DNA of 63,324 nucleotides, filler included, from Choristocarpus tenellus KU-1152 (Eukaryota > Protista > Phaeophyceae), in assembly GCA_964200185.2 (NCBI GenBank). It is 11 parts of 11 records of this genome, joined end to end, with 100 filler letters (N's around TTAATTAATTAA, not from the genome) between each part and the next. Parts side by side here need not be neighbours in the genome. Positions count along the whole stretch, not along the records: positions 14,262 to 29,059 come from CAXNAD020001111.1; positions 29,160 to 32,040 come from CAXNAD020023956.1; 9 more parts are not named here. The stretch is one strand, 5' to 3'. Shown piece after piece: positions 16,077 through 29,830 of this stretch. A model generated the notes under the pieces. The model saw nothing but the letters and a program-made list of their open reading frames with translations, was not told the DNA's origin and ran no database searches. The position numbers were made by a program, and so were the translations under genes. Every line of letters starts with the position of its first letter. Positions within the stretch are counted from its first letter, which is position 1.

Positions 16077-17519
16077 ATAGCCTTCCATCCCACACTTGAA
16101 AAAATATCATTTCTTCTGTTCACCCACCTGCACTTCACGGCCATACTCATTGTATCCCACATGCCTACTGCTGATCAATTCACAACAGATGGGAGTGACA
16201 ATAGCTTGAACAAGGCTCTTGACTTTGGGAACAAAGAAAGCTCCCTAGTAATTGAGGGGGACCAAGAGCAGCAACATTGGAATGGGGTGCTGGTGGGAAC
16301 ACAGAGGGGCAGACGGGGGGCAACAACATTACAAATCACAAACTCGCAAGAAAAAATGGTGACCAGGATGGCAATTGTGACAAAATTTTGATTGAAGCTG
16401 ATGACGGAGTGGCAACAACTCAGAAGCCACATAACACAGATATAGATTTTCTGACTCGAAAATCTGGACAAAGAAACTCAGAGGACAGTTGGGGAGAGGA
16501 CAAAGAAATCCGAATAAGCAAAAGTGAAGATGACGATTTCGGACTGGGAGATTACGAATTTGACCTCGATAACTTGGAGGAAATTGGCGTCTAATATTGG
16601 GAAGTTATTGGACTCATCAATCCCGTCCATGATGCACAAGTTGCGAGAAGTTTGAGAATGTCTACACACTTTTGTCAATATTTACATGTTCTTAGTACCT
16701 GCTACCTTCAATTGTCTAGTCATTCCATGTATTACTAAGAAGATCTTTACACGATAATTTCATTGGTGGGCATAGAAGAAAGAACCTCAGGTCCTTTCAT
16801 GAGGCGCTGACATTTCCAGCAAGGGCAAGGCTTAATATTTCACACAGGTGGTACCTCTTCACTCCAACAAAAACAATGTCCAAAGCGGTGTGTTTGTCTG
16901 TCTTTTATTGCTTGTAACTACGCATCTGTCTGTGTGTGTTTTATCCATGACAATCCCCATACATCCAACATGGCAGCGATCAATATATGTGAAACCCCAT
17001 GGGTGAGAAGATCGACAAGGATTTGGAGAATGAGCAGTTGTCGACAAGAATCAATGGAGGTAAAATTCCTAGATTATCAAATCAGGTTAGAGCTTTTCAG
17101 AAAGACCCTTTATGGCGGCAGTGCACTAAAGACTATTGTAAATCGGCAGTCACCACAGAATTCTCATGTGCCTTCAAGTGTGTGGAGGATGATAGTACAG
17201 CTACCCATACTTTGTCTACGATACAGTTCATGCTCCACCTGTCCTCCTTTGCTTAGTTCTGAATACATATAACAACAAAATCAGGGTTGGACTTATGATG
17301 CTGGTTGTATTACCTGATAACAAACCGAGGGTTAAGACATTACCCTTAATTAACCACACCAGGAAGGGTTGACAGGTACATATATGCTACACCAAAGGGA
17401 GAGGTTACTTATTCTGTAGACACCGTTACATCACCTTGGGTGGCTTATTCTATTCATAGGGCCAGAGTAATTTAGAGGTACACAATGGGTCCTTCTGCAT
17501 TCCAGGTCATCTTTCTTAC

Positions 17520-18050
17520 CCTGTGCAAAGTAGTGTAAAAAACATTGATATCTCCCATTTCCGGACATAAATTGAGACCACAATTCAGCAAGATTTATTT
17601 CCATCATTGTACAAAATGATATATTTTTCGTCTTTTGCTGGGATCCTTAATGTGGACCTTGTCTACCTCTCAAGTACTTAGGATCATAGTGGTTGGGTAA
17701 TACTATTTATTATACGATGTAAGTTTTCCATCACTCCCCATTTTCAGAAGGTTTCGCGAAGATATTATTTCCTACCTCTCTTCTAAAATGATGGAATCCA
17801 CCCTGAATTAATTATTTCGGAGATAATATTGCTTGATACAACAAAACACAAGCACTACAATCACAATCACGAGGTCCACAAACTGTGCACTTTGTTCTCA
17901 TTGTATTTCCAATAAAGTAGTGATCGCTTCCACTCCAATTTTGTCTTGAAGTCCAACACAACCGAAGGAGGGAACACATCCCAGCAGATATTATGGTTGT
18001 GGGTGTTCTGATGTGCCATTTCTTTGTTTCATGTACTTCGTGTATGGGGA
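17520..18050 (+). pseudogene. Possible highly decayed piggyBac-like transposase C-terminus
   Basis: Frameshifted fragments 'GHKLRPQ', 'FSSFAGILNVDLVYL' and 'SRYYGCGCSDVPFLCF' loosely resemble the piggyBac third-Asp region and Cys-rich tail; weak. Confidence 0.25.
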
Positions 18051-18269
18051 TGAATAACATTACTCTCTGAAGTACGTGCTTCAGACCCTAAGAGTTCATC
18101 GTCATACTACTCGTAAGTGATGGTGACGTCGATCGAGAGTTGTAGTAGCCCTACCCACCAACCATTCGAAAAACAATATAGAACTGCTGTGTGACATACC
18201 ATTCAAATCCTGTTGGCACGAACTTGAATCAATCACATTTGCAGCCTCCTTACAATATGATATATGCAA

Positions 18270-18700
18270 TATGTGTACGCCTCTACTAATGGAAGGTCCA
18301 TGGCTAGGCGTCAATAGCTTCACCTCCAACAGGACCATCGAGACAAGAAACATGCTAGGGAATGTGTATGCATGTACGTCAATGGAAGGTCCAGAACTAG
18401 AAGTCAAACAGTTCATCACCAAGAAGCCTGGAAGGGCAATGAAATGTTGTGTGGCATCCCACCGAATCCAGATTATCATGTGAACTTGAATAAAGTCGCT
18501 TTACTACAGCCCTGCTCAGTCTACGGTTGTACATGTCTACGGGAACCTCCAGGACTAGAAGTCAATAACTTCATCCCCAAGCGAGCAATTGAGCCCAAAA
18601 ATAGTTTGGGACTATGGCTGCATATACGTCTACTGAAAGTTCCACGACTAGAAGTCAATATTCAATTCATCTCTCTAGCCATACGATAGAACCCAAGAAA
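18270..18700 (+). repeat. Degenerate about 95-100-bp direct repeats (4 copies in two pairs)
   Basis: Recurrent core TGTACG...GGAAGGTCCAGRACTAGAAGTCAA...TTCATC near 18273, 18373, 18528 and 18622. Confidence 0.7.
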
Positions 18701-19300
18701 AGTAAAAATAATGGTGAACAAAACAGTCGGCAAGACGCACACGCCCAGCGCGGAATCTTCTACTTTTGCTAAATTGCTTCAATACATATAGTGTATCAGC
18801 TCCAATCTATGTTATGCTATCTTCTACTGTACTTCGTACTCTATTGAGTATACCAAGCCGCAGAGGTTATTGTTTTTTGTTGTATGTTTTCTTGATTTTC
18901 TGGAGGGCACCCTTGCCTGTATCCTCCCGTTCCATACTTCCAAGTTCCAGAAAAAATATATACTAAACAAAACATGTACACAAATTGAACTATTGAATTT
19001 TAATCTCGTCCCATGAATAGGTGACATCTCAAAAAAAAATATCTATACCGCAAGAATTGGGGGGACCCTGTCAACAAACTAACATCAAAGGAACTAGCAA
19101 ACTAACATCGAAATATAATAAACTACTCAGGAGTAGGAATGGGGACAATTTGTGAAAAGAAGGCGATCTTCAAAGGATCGTCCAAACCCCTCCCATCAGC
19201 CTTGCCCTGCTCAGGTGGTGAAAGAGAGGGTCCTTTGGACTCGAAAGGACACTCTGGTACGCATATCCACCACCCTCAAGTCCCTTGTTGCTCGTGGATG

Positions 19301-22300
19301 TCAGTCTGAGCCCCTCAATCTGCGCCTATACTTCCCTGTGAACAACAAAGAGTATGATCCAGGTTAGCGTATTATTAGTGACTGCATTTGATTTAGTAGC
19401 ATACTATCACGGTCGTTTCGGAACCAAGATATTCTCGTTGCACTTAAAGTTCTAGTGAGAAACAGTGATTGATTACTTTGCAATGGCAATACCAACCAAA
19501 GTTGACCCTACTCTTGTACTTGCGGTGGTTCATTTTGGAGAGAAGGAATATCGTGAGTATTTCAGAGTAGGAACAACTGGACTTATGGACTGCCATAGAC
19601 TGCAAAACCTTAAACCTAAGGGCCAGGTACTGTAAGTCCGAATGCGTACGCTCAGGAGGAGGGGGGGGGCATACTGTAAACAAATTGTTAGTGATACTGC
19701 ACACAGCAATTCCCATCGCGAGATGAATCTCAGCTGCATGCAGCACACGAGGATTGCTGTGAAGAAGGAGAGTAGGTCACTGGGCAGTCCTCTACTCCGA
19801 GTCACGTTAGAGTTGGGATTGGGGCTAGTATTCTATAGCTTGTACCACTAAAGATCAACCCATAGTGTTCTACATCAGTACTTCTCTCACACGGGGCTGA
19901 GGTGGGAGGGAAAAGGGGTGGGTGGCGCTCTGTAATTCTAGTGCATGGGACCCCTTGTCATGAAGCAGGTTGTGACGAAAGGTCAACCTATGATATTTCA
20001 TGAAGTACTGCCTGACAATATGACCTTACCCGCAGCTTCATCATCAGTGCCCACAGCTGTGCCCGCAGCACCACATAGCTCCAGGCCACTAAAGCTGTAC
20101 ATTTAGGCGGTGGTTAGGGGAGGATGGCAGACAAGAGTCGGGTGGGATTCATCAAAGACAGGAAACTCGCATTTGTCTGGCTCCTGCAGAGCGCGCATAG
20201 GAGTTGGGGCGTCTGAGAAACAGTAACCTAGGCCTCCTATAAATGGAGATCTGAAGGAGGTAAGGTGGGCGAGTCGGTGCATATTTCACCCTCACCTGAT
20301 TATAGCATCTGTAGAGTCACCAAATCCAAACAGGTTGATGGTGGATGTCTCCACTATACTCTCAAACGAAAAGAACTCGAGGCCATCAGCACCGGAACTG
20401 GCCCTCTTGGAAACCAACACCTACACACAACAACCACGGTTCACATGGGTCAGAGAGATGACCAATGTCAGTTGTTGGAGGTAAAGCGTGTGAAAATCAA
20501 TCCGTATACCGAAAAGGCAATGTGTACACCAGGTACATGAAAGACTATCTTGAAATGGAGGAGAGGAACCAATCCAGAGAGACATGACTTGAAACATCTC
20601 AACAACATGCAAGAGAGTGAGGGAGAGTACCTCTGCGTGCATATGCATTTGCAAGGTGAGGTAAATACCGTTGCAGAGTGGCACGAACACGATATTTGTA
20701 CACAGTCTCTCTCTGTCGTTGAGATCTTTATGTCAAAGCAGCTATCATAGGGCATCTCACCTTCTGATCATCCCCCGTGATCTCGAATGTCTGAGGCTTC
20801 TTGTGAGGGAAAGCAATAAACACGCCCGCTAAGGGTGTCTTCGCATCAAGGTTGACGCGCATTTTGGAGGAATCTCCCTGTCCAGCAAGGGCAAAAAAGA
20901 AGGTTTTCAGGTGTATACAGTAGGCCAAAGACCTCTGCAATACATTCGTGATTGGAGATGCTGTCGACAAGATAACCACCAAGCCCAACAACCCCTACCT
21001 CCTCCTCTATAAAATGTCCAAAAGAGGAGATTCACAACCCAAGAATCTCACCTCAGTCGACCACATCGTGCTCAGGTCTCCATCGATGAGATTTGTCACA
21101 GGGTAGTCTGGCAGAGTTGTTTTCCCCTGCAGTAGGAAGCTCTTTTTGATCTGGAACGAGAGGATTTCATATGGTCGTGAGTTGGAGGTGTGATGAACAA
21201 TCCAAGGAACAGACTATATCAACCAACAGGTACACTGAAACAGATGGCAAATTGAGAGAGACGAGCTATAGCATGTAATCAAGCTACACGCAACTTACTC
21301 CGTACCTTCACTGGAGTGCATGATGCTGGAAACATGGCATCTTCACTTTTCCCGTTGGTATCAGAGGTGCTATCATCCTCAGTTAATATGGTGGTGGAGC
21401 CATCATCATCTCCGGGCATGACCTTATCGTCATCCACTTGCATGGAAGTATCATCGTCCTCAGGCTTGGTCTTGTCGTCGTTCTCAGGCATGGTCTTGTC
21501 ATCATCCTCGGGCATGGAAGTATCATCATCCTTAGGCTTAGTCTTGTCATCATCCTCAGGCTTGATCTTGTCGTCATCCTCAGACTTGGTCTTGTCATCA
21601 TCCTCAGGCATGATCTTTTCGTCATCCTCAGACTTGGTCTTGTCATCATCCTCAGGCATGGCCTTGTCATCATCCTCAGGCACGGTCTTGTCATCATCTC
21701 CTGGTGTGGTCTTGTCATCATCGTCACAGGGCAAGGAATGGTCATCATCTCCTCCTGGAACAACTGACTGATCATCATCCGCAGGTGCCACGGAGTTATC
21801 ATCATCTCCAGGACGGCCAGTGCTATCATCATCCACCGGAACGCCAACATCATCATCTTGAGGAACAACACCGCCGCCTCCACCACCTTGTTCACCAACC
21901 CCTCCGTAGGGCATTAGATCCGAACCAATGGTACTGGGGCAGGGCTGATCCCAGTCAGCTCCAAAGGCCTCGCTGAGGTTTGACACGGGACAGAGTCAAA
22001 AGACACATTGTACTACCAGTTATTTGCAGTGTTGGAGAGCAAATATTCAACACAATTGTGTTCAGATACACACGACTCCAGGACTCATAGTACAAATGAT
22101 GACTGGTTTGAGTTGACATTGATTACATCTAGGAACCTTGAAGCTGGTCCGATAGTCCCCCTCATTCGTTGAGAGAGAACCTATCTCAAGAGGGGTATCG
22201 ATTTGTTCCTTTTGATTTCCGAGACCCTTTTTAACCTTGTGCAATATACCTTACCCATGTCTGAGATGCATATATCCCTCTTTACCAGGGTTGGGGTGTA

Positions 22301-24814
22301 GAGAAGAAGACTAGACGAGACGTGTACATCAAGTTGATATAGCCGAAAGAGCCCTTCACAGTACTCAAAACATGTACACCACAAGGCAATCACATAGTCC
22401 TTAAACATCGAGGACACCTCCCTCCTAGATGGTATCACTCCGAGACACTCTGCGAGGCAAGCGACCACCTCATTGAGTAGAAAGGGTATTCAGAGACAAA
22501 CTGGAGTATTAGCACTAGAAATACTCAAGTATTCTGTTCTTCAAGGTAGGATATTTGATGTGGTATGGAAGCGTGAGTTCGACCAGTATGTAACACGATA
22601 TTCCACCACCAACATCCAGAGAAGGAACATGCGACATCCACTCACGCTCCTACCACCGTGCAGTCTCCCTTTGAACATATATTGCCGCATATCTCGGCCT
22701 GTGGCTCAGCCATTATTTTCACGGATCCTGCTCCCATGTTTGTGAAGCTGTTCTCGTATATCTGCAACAGGGGTGCATGTTGTACGCGCACAAATTAGGC
22801 ATCAACCAGCTTGATTCAAGCACCAATAGGTCACGCTTTGCTACTGAAATACACGCCACGTAGATTTGAGACCCTATCGATATCTTCCAGCAGGTGGTAG
22901 GCAGTAGGCTCGCACCTTATTATCTATCCCATATTCCATATGTCCGCCAACACGAACACCAGCCCCATCACAGCCATCTCCTTTGTTGAACCTGTTGTAT
23001 AGTAAGACGGCAGTGCGAATATCATCAGGATGTACCAAGTAATAGCCTGGAATCACGCGAGGTATTGTGCAACAGCTGCGACTTCTTCACATGTTCACCG
23101 AGAAGTTTCGTCTGCAGTACAGTAGTTGCCCATCATAGTAATCCGACGTATTTCGATACTCTCTGCAAATGTAACGAAAGCACTTCCAGCCATAAGAAGC
23201 TACAACCAATCACTCCCCCGCACCTGAAGATGCTCTTGTCGCCTCGAGAGCCGAAGCATCCAGATTCCGCATCCAACTGGCCTCCGCAGGTGTTCCCCTC
23301 AATGACATTGTGTTCAGTACCCTCCTTGACCTCCACGCACTCGTTGCCATTGGTGAGGATGATGTTGTTACGAACGAGGTTGAAACTGGATCCATCTGGG
23401 TTACTGTTGGGGTTTTTGCCATCTTCCCACTAAGCACATATTTTCATATATTGCAAAGGAGGGTGGGGCAGCGAATGAAGGGCATTAGACACGGTTCTGA
23501 TTGCTTGTATGAAGTACTCATTGATGTGTTGGGAAAGTAGGGCAATTGAAGTGTGTGTTTTAGGTGTTGCCGCTCTAAGAAATATTCCAACTCGATGATG
23601 TCAAACGTTAACGAGGTCCAACCTATAGCCTCTCGTTCCCTCGTGCCAAGAGATGGCGCCCACCTGCTCGCTGGAAGTCCCTATATAGAACCCCTCTCCG
23701 TTCTTGCCCTTTCCAGGGTTGAAAATGAAGTCGTCTACTCCACAGTTCTGGACATCATTGTCTTGGATATCAGCATGAGTGACGAAGTAGCGAAGGCGGA
23801 CGCACTCCCCTCTGCGAAGTGTGATTTCGAGTCAAGCAATGATACGCACGGTTGGCAATGTGTAACAGATCTTTCATTTCGAACGGTATTCGCAAAAGGT
23901 ATTATGGCCATTACAGGTCTAGAGAAAGGTACAAAATGCGTGCTTTCTACTTCAAGTGGAATGGAATGGTGGTTGTCTCGTGGGAAGGTCGAAAACACCA
24001 GAAGACACCAAGCAACCGCAAAAGTATCCCCTCTCAAGCCATTGGTATATCATCTAAGTCGACCACTCACTGGCAATTCTTAATGGACAAGTTGGACAGG
24101 ACAAGACCATTGATGGTGGAAGAGAACTCATGTCCCATATAGTTGATTTTCTTGGGAACCTCTTGTCCGTGCACATAGATGCACTTGTCGGCATAGAATT
24201 CCAGACTATCTTCTGAGCCCATCTTGCCATCGACAGTGAAACCCTTTGCAATTGGGGTCGGGTTCGTATATGGGTTGGAGAAGTGAATATTGATATGAGT
24301 TTGCACGATCGATGTCGATGCAGACAGTGGTGTAGGCAGGGGAAAAGCCAAGAGAGAACAGTGGAGTGTTAGGGTTACCTGAATTCTGTTACGACAGGTG
24401 TGGAGATGTGAGCGTAGTTGCCGCATCGTGTCAACAACAGAGAAAGATAGTTCATCACACAATGATGAGGGGCGCACATAGTCATGAAGGTGTTCTGAAG
24501 GGTGTATGCCTTACCCTGAGGTGGATGTAGCTGTGCTTGATGGTGATGACTCTGTCGTCGTCAGGGTTGGTCCCGCTGACGACGGCTTCCCTGGAACCGG
24601 TAACGGTGATCGGGCTATCCTCCGTTCCGCTGGTGGATGATCTGATTCCCCCAGTGTACACGCCATTCCCGAGCTCGACTACATCGCCGGCTTTTGTCAT
24701 GGCCATGACATCTTGCAAGGAAGGGGAACTATTGGGAGTGACCTTGTAAGTCTTCGAATCAGCATGTTGGGCCGTGAGGGCCATCAAGGCGATAACTAAC
24801 CACGACCGCGCCAT
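19301..24814 (-). CDS. Secreted right-handed parallel beta-helix (pectin-lyase-fold) protein with Asp-rich repeat linker and C-terminal F5/8 type C (CBM32-like) domain, about 708 aa
   Basis: 12 exons, all GT-AG and phase-consistent, 2127 nt in total: 24515-24814, 24071-24243, 23664-23811, 23224-23429, 22916-22991, 22646-22761, 21306-21972, 21052-21150, 20761-20877, 20296-20420, 20030-20094, 19301-19335. Signal peptide MARSWLVIALMALTAQHADS. Beta-helix motifs AGDVVELGNGVY, GTEDSPITVTG, GECVRLRY, KNGEGFYIGTS, NECVEVKEG, DGAGVRVGG. F5/8C-like NLIDGDLSTMWST...SFSGLELCG. The last short exon is less certain. Confidence 0.88.
21400..21860 (-). repeat. Coding 24-bp tandem repeat, (DDDKTxPE)n
   Basis: About 14 regular 8-aa units plus about 5 looser DDD units within exon 7. 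Confidence 0.92.
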
Positions 24815-26097
24815 ACTCTGCGTGCTTATCACGTCGAGTCCTTGCTCCCGAGACTTCCTCTTTCACTCCGACAACTGCCACCCTCAGATATGCAAGACCA
24901 GGTCTCTCTTGTCTGGGTTCTGAGTGCAGTGCAGATTGGGTGCGTGGGGCCGACAATACTGATAAATACTGGCCTTGAGCGGACATCTTTGCCGTTGACC
25001 GCTTAACGCATTTGTGGTCTCTTGACGTTGGGGTTATGGCTCTTGAAAGGGGTCCTATTCACTATCTACGAGGATAACGCCAACAAATGCCACGGAAGTT
25101 GTCTGTTGGCAGTGATGTTTAAAGGTTTTTTGTTCTGGTTGGAGGTTTTTTTCTCACACACCTCACATCGAAACATCGTAACCTTGTACAATGCACAAGA
25201 GAAACCTTATTTTGAAGGAGAGGGTCGACAGTAGAACAGTTGGATTCCAACAACCACGATTTTGATGTTTGAACAACCATGAAACAAAAAGATTGTGTAT
25301 GATTAATTGTATGTAGAATGACAAATGAAAATTGATATCCAGTAATGTCTGGAGCATTATACAAATCTACAGATACTAATCTATCCATGGGAGTTGCGAT
25401 TCATTGTGTGGGAAGGTATTTTTTTTGTGTTGTGCTTTTGTATGTATTGTTGGCTTATGGTAGGTTGGTTTGGATCAAAATTGGATACACTGTGCGACAA
25501 AAACATCGCGCACAATAAATTTCAGTTTAGTATCCTACTAAAATATATTGGGCTCTATCGGCTAAATTAGAGTGTTAGATCTTTGTGGGTTCGGGACGTT
25601 GGAGGAAAAACACAGAATAAAATAATATGTGGAAGAGTATAGAAGAATAGAGCGTATAAGACGTTTAGTTTATAATAGTATAGTATGGATGTAGAGGTTG
25701 CGGAGTAATCGTTATATTTTTGGAATTCTGTTGAGGAGGAGGTACTTGGGTTTGATCAGAGGTGTAAAACTCTCTTAATATTTCTCCGAACATTTACTCC
25801 ACACAAACAAATAATGTTGATAGAATTTTGTTGCCATATCCTATCAGACTTTATTATATAGTCTGTGGTAGAAACCGTTTATGGGAACAGTATTTCCATT
25901 TAATTTCCCTTTCCTTCTCTTTCGTTTCATATTTCTTCCGTTTCAAGTTTGTGCGCATTAAATATTTAAGAAAATATTCCGAGGTAATTGGTATAGTTTG
26001 TCAGTTTGTGTGTCATTCTTATGTTGGTTTACACTTTTGTAAGTTTTTATTCTCTACTCGATATAGTGGTGACAGTCGGGTCTAGGATCAGACCAGC

Positions 26098-26398
26098 CTT
26101 GATTAGTTTCGAGGTGATGTAAGGCGTCCTGATCGGTGACCAGCAAATAAAATTAAAGCTGAGATCAAGTGGTGTCGATTGGGGTAAAGCAATCCGGTCG
26201 CAAATACTTCGTGTTTAGTTAGGAATGCCGAAAGGTCCATTTGAATTGCCAAAAAAATTAAACTCTCTTAAAATCTTATCAATATTTTTTTGTTGTGACT
26301 GAACTTCTTTGCCCTAATCGACTGCCTATGATCTTAGCTTCAATTTGATATGCTGGTCACCTATCAACTCGCCTTACATCACCCCGAAATTAATCAAG
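26098..26398. mobile_element. Foldback/MITE-like element with about 105-bp imperfect inverted repeats
   Basis: CTTGATTAGTTTCGAGGTGATGTAAGGCG...GGTGACCAGCA... is mirrored by ...TGCTGGTCACC...CGCCTTACATCACCCCGAAATTAATCAAG; unrelated to families A-C. Confidence 0.75.
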
Positions 26399-28936
26399 AT
26401 GAGACGACTTCGACAGTTTAGTTCCTGCAAACACGCTCTGTGCGAGGCTTTCGAAGCTTAACCTTCGCGCGCAGCTCACTACAACGTAGAGTGCCCACGC
26501 AGAACTCAGCCCAATGGCTGCGGAAGTCCCTCTCTCCTAGGACATGTTGGATATCGAAGTGCAGTCTTTACGTCCCGGCTTCAAGTTTCACAGAAGTCGA
26601 AGGCTAAGGTTGGCCCGAGCGTACGCAATGGTGATTGCCCTGTGCCGAGAGGCGGTCTCGTGCTTGATCGAGCGGGTCAGTCAATCACTGCGGAACAAGA
26701 GCTCGAAGAGGGGTCGCGACTACGAAGGAGAGCGTGCGTTCTTGACCAAGCTGGATGATGAGGGCTGGCTGCCTACCTGCTGTCTGATGAACCTTTAGCC
26801 ATAACAGTGGAACTACAATAACAATGAAGAGTCTAGGGTTACACACAGACAGATGAGACATTGACGATCACGACTCTTCTTCTCCAGTGAATAACTCGTT
26901 CTGGCTGAGGAGAAACAGCCCTCCAAGCCAGATACTAGATGACGGACGGACGGACGTCTAAGTATCTTGATTTTAGTGAGGAAATTCACCTGATTTTGGT
27001 GAGGAAAATCGCCCTCTCGCCCATCGCACCACAACCAACTCTAACCTATCTAATAATGTTAGGAGTAATTCAAGGGTCAATATCAAGCTTTATTTCGACG
27101 AAAAACTCGACTCCGATCAAAAGTTGGAACAGGACAAATTATGTCCTAGAGGCGACTGCCAACACCATAATAGGATATATATTTCGTGTAGGCACGAATT
27201 TCTCCTAGAGGATCATTAATGTTATACGACCCAGCAATGGTGTAAGGAAGTTGTGATGACTGCATATACGTCAGACCCATATAGGATCTAAGGTCGACCA
27301 AGCCACCTCAACCCTCTTCTCTTCTCTTTTTTCTTCAACTGTTTTTATTTTATGGCACTTGCTACCCTTTCACTTCTCTTTGGACTACATCCTTGGTCAC
27401 GGGTCTGAGATTACTTATGCTATTGTAAAATAGTTTATAATTGCGTTCCATACTATAATTTACTGCACTCAGGAATATTTCGGAATTTTTGAGAGAACTC
27501 GCCGATAGAAAGTGGAACCAAGGTGGACAGGAAAAGAGCTAGTGTGGGGTGTGCTACACGACGACAATCTTGAAATGTTTGGGAACACGATCAGGACATG
27601 GAGCATAAGGGCAACAAATAAATGCCAGTGACACGAAGTGTGTAGTCGATGGAATAAAGAATATCGTTTACAAGTGGAGTTACAGAGGTCGGATAAGTTG
27701 TGATAGGTGACGAGCACTATGCAAGAGAGGTACAACGCAGCACAAGCAGATCACAATAGTATTATTTACATTTTCGCATGGATTGTGCACTGCATTTTTT
27801 TTACAGCATTTCAAACACGACTTCGTCATCGCAACAAAACTGATGTTGTGAATAGTACGTAGTATTGGTAACGATATTGAAAAATTATGATGACGTTGAT
27901 GATAATATGATCATTCGGCACATGCACAATCATCACTTACTGCTTGCTGAATGCTGTTTTTTTTATCATGGCCTCTTTCGATTGGGTTGATCTTGCTGCG
28001 TCTTTGTTCTCTGTGCGTATTTTGGACTGGATATAGATGGGCTGGACGTGGCACCGAATTTGTCTCTTCTCCTATTTTTCTTTTCCAGATTATTGGACCT
28101 GGCAATGTGGATGATGTTAATGACGTCCTGTATCAGCCGTTTCATGATTTGGCGGTGGTTGTGCGTTGTGCCTGGACTCTCTTGTCCGCCCTTCTTTGCC
28201 ACCGTATGTCAAATCTTTGACTTTCTCTTCCCTTCTTTGGTTCGATTCCTTCATCGATATATGTAGAAGTATTCTGAATGCTCGCAAATGTATCGTGCTA
28301 AGTGTTCTTCCACCACCAACTATTACAGCACGCTCCAGAAGCTTACTTCCATAGGATGTATAGCTCCAATCTACAGGCCTATAGATGATACGGATGCACG
28401 TATAGGGCTCCTGATGCACAAGTCGTCAAGTATGCTGGATCTCTCACTTGGATTATCATAAATATCGTATAAAAAGGAACTGGTCCATGATGTCTTATCA
28501 CAATCGGGGACCACAATGACCAAATCATAAATAAATTGTCAAGAAGTACAAATATATCAAATCTAGGACTTCAAGATCATAATGGTGTTTATGAAACCGC
28601 CATCAAGACATAACGCCTGTACCAAAACCACCTTGGTGAACTCTAGTTTGAGACTTTTCACACTATTAACGCGAAGATTGATTAAAAAATAATAATACAT
28701 TAATAGTACGTAGTATATTATTATTGAAATTGTCATAATGGAACCCATTGGTTGTGGTTTAGATACTCCTTTCAGGAAAGTATGGTTTTCAGTCGTTGGT
28801 TTGGATTGATCGGATAAATTGATTTTTGTGCACTTGTTCGACCCATGATATCATCATGCTCAAACCTTTACCAGATGTTATCATGGAGAGAAAAGACAAA
28901 ACGTAATATAGTCAAACAAGTGTCTAGAAAATTTGA

Positions 28937-29059
28937 GACCCAAAGTATTTGAGAGGGGGAGGGGGTCTACACCAGGGTGTCCATTTGGGCCATGACCAGG
29001 AAAAGTGCACTTACATTATGGCTCAAAGTATCTGGGAGGGGGTGGCGGCTGTCCATTTG
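28937..29059. mobile_element. Two nested family B MITE fragments (second inserted at 29020), cut by gap
   Basis: GACCCAAAGTATTT at 28937; GGCTCAAAGTATCT at 29020 interrupts the B body. Confidence 0.8.
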
Positions 29060-29159
29060 NNNNNNNNNNNNNNNNNNNNNNNNNNNNNNNNNNNNNNNNN
29101 NNNTTAATTAATTAANNNNNNNNNNNNNNNNNNNNNNNNNNNNNNNNNNNNNNNNNNNN

Positions 29160-29261
29160 TGATTTGGTCGCATGTGTCGTATTTGAAATGTCAGTAAAAA
29201 GAGTTGTTTGACCGAAACGGACACCCCCTCCCAACCCCCCCCCCCCCAGATACTTTGACCC
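29160..29261. mobile_element. Family C-type terminus
   Basis: GACCGAAACGGACACCCCC...CCCCAGATACTTTGACCC. Confidence 0.75.
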
Positions 29262-29830
29262 TATGCTTTTTCGTATAATAAGATTTTCCACACGACCTAA
29301 TTCCCCATGGCGCTTCCATTCCCATGCATGCCATGGTCTTAGACGTTAGCAGTACTGCAAACATGGAATTACCACAATCTGGAGCAGTAAGCAGATTACC
29401 GTGGTCAACATCCTGCAATAACTCACAGAACCATAACTTACCGCCCAAAATATCGTAATATTTTTATTTTTTGCAGTAATCATTACTGTCATGAAGTGTA
29501 CTACCATAGAAACAAAAAAAAAACTTGACTTTGTCTGCAAAGGCGGGTCATATCTCAAGTTCAAATGACAACAACAGGGTCCTAAAAATAGAGCCAGACT
29601 TTTGGAGCTGCGTCTGTGCAACACTACTCACGAGTATCTCCTTACTCCAGTCTTAAATACTTTTGAGCAAGGCAGGACTTGTCACAAAGTACCCAACAAA
29701 GGGTGCAGTCCTCCAGAAAACTCCAACAAGCCATATGCTTCCAGTGGCTAAAGTCAAGCTAAACACAAAAAGGTCTAAACCCTCTCGAAAGCCCCACCGT
29801 CTATTCCATAGAGTCGACCTCAACACCCAC

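Noticed and set aside
21316-21976. Ser-, Met- and Leu/Ile-rich ORFs overlapping exon 7
   Set aside because: Shadow frames of the 24-bp Asp-rich coding repeat
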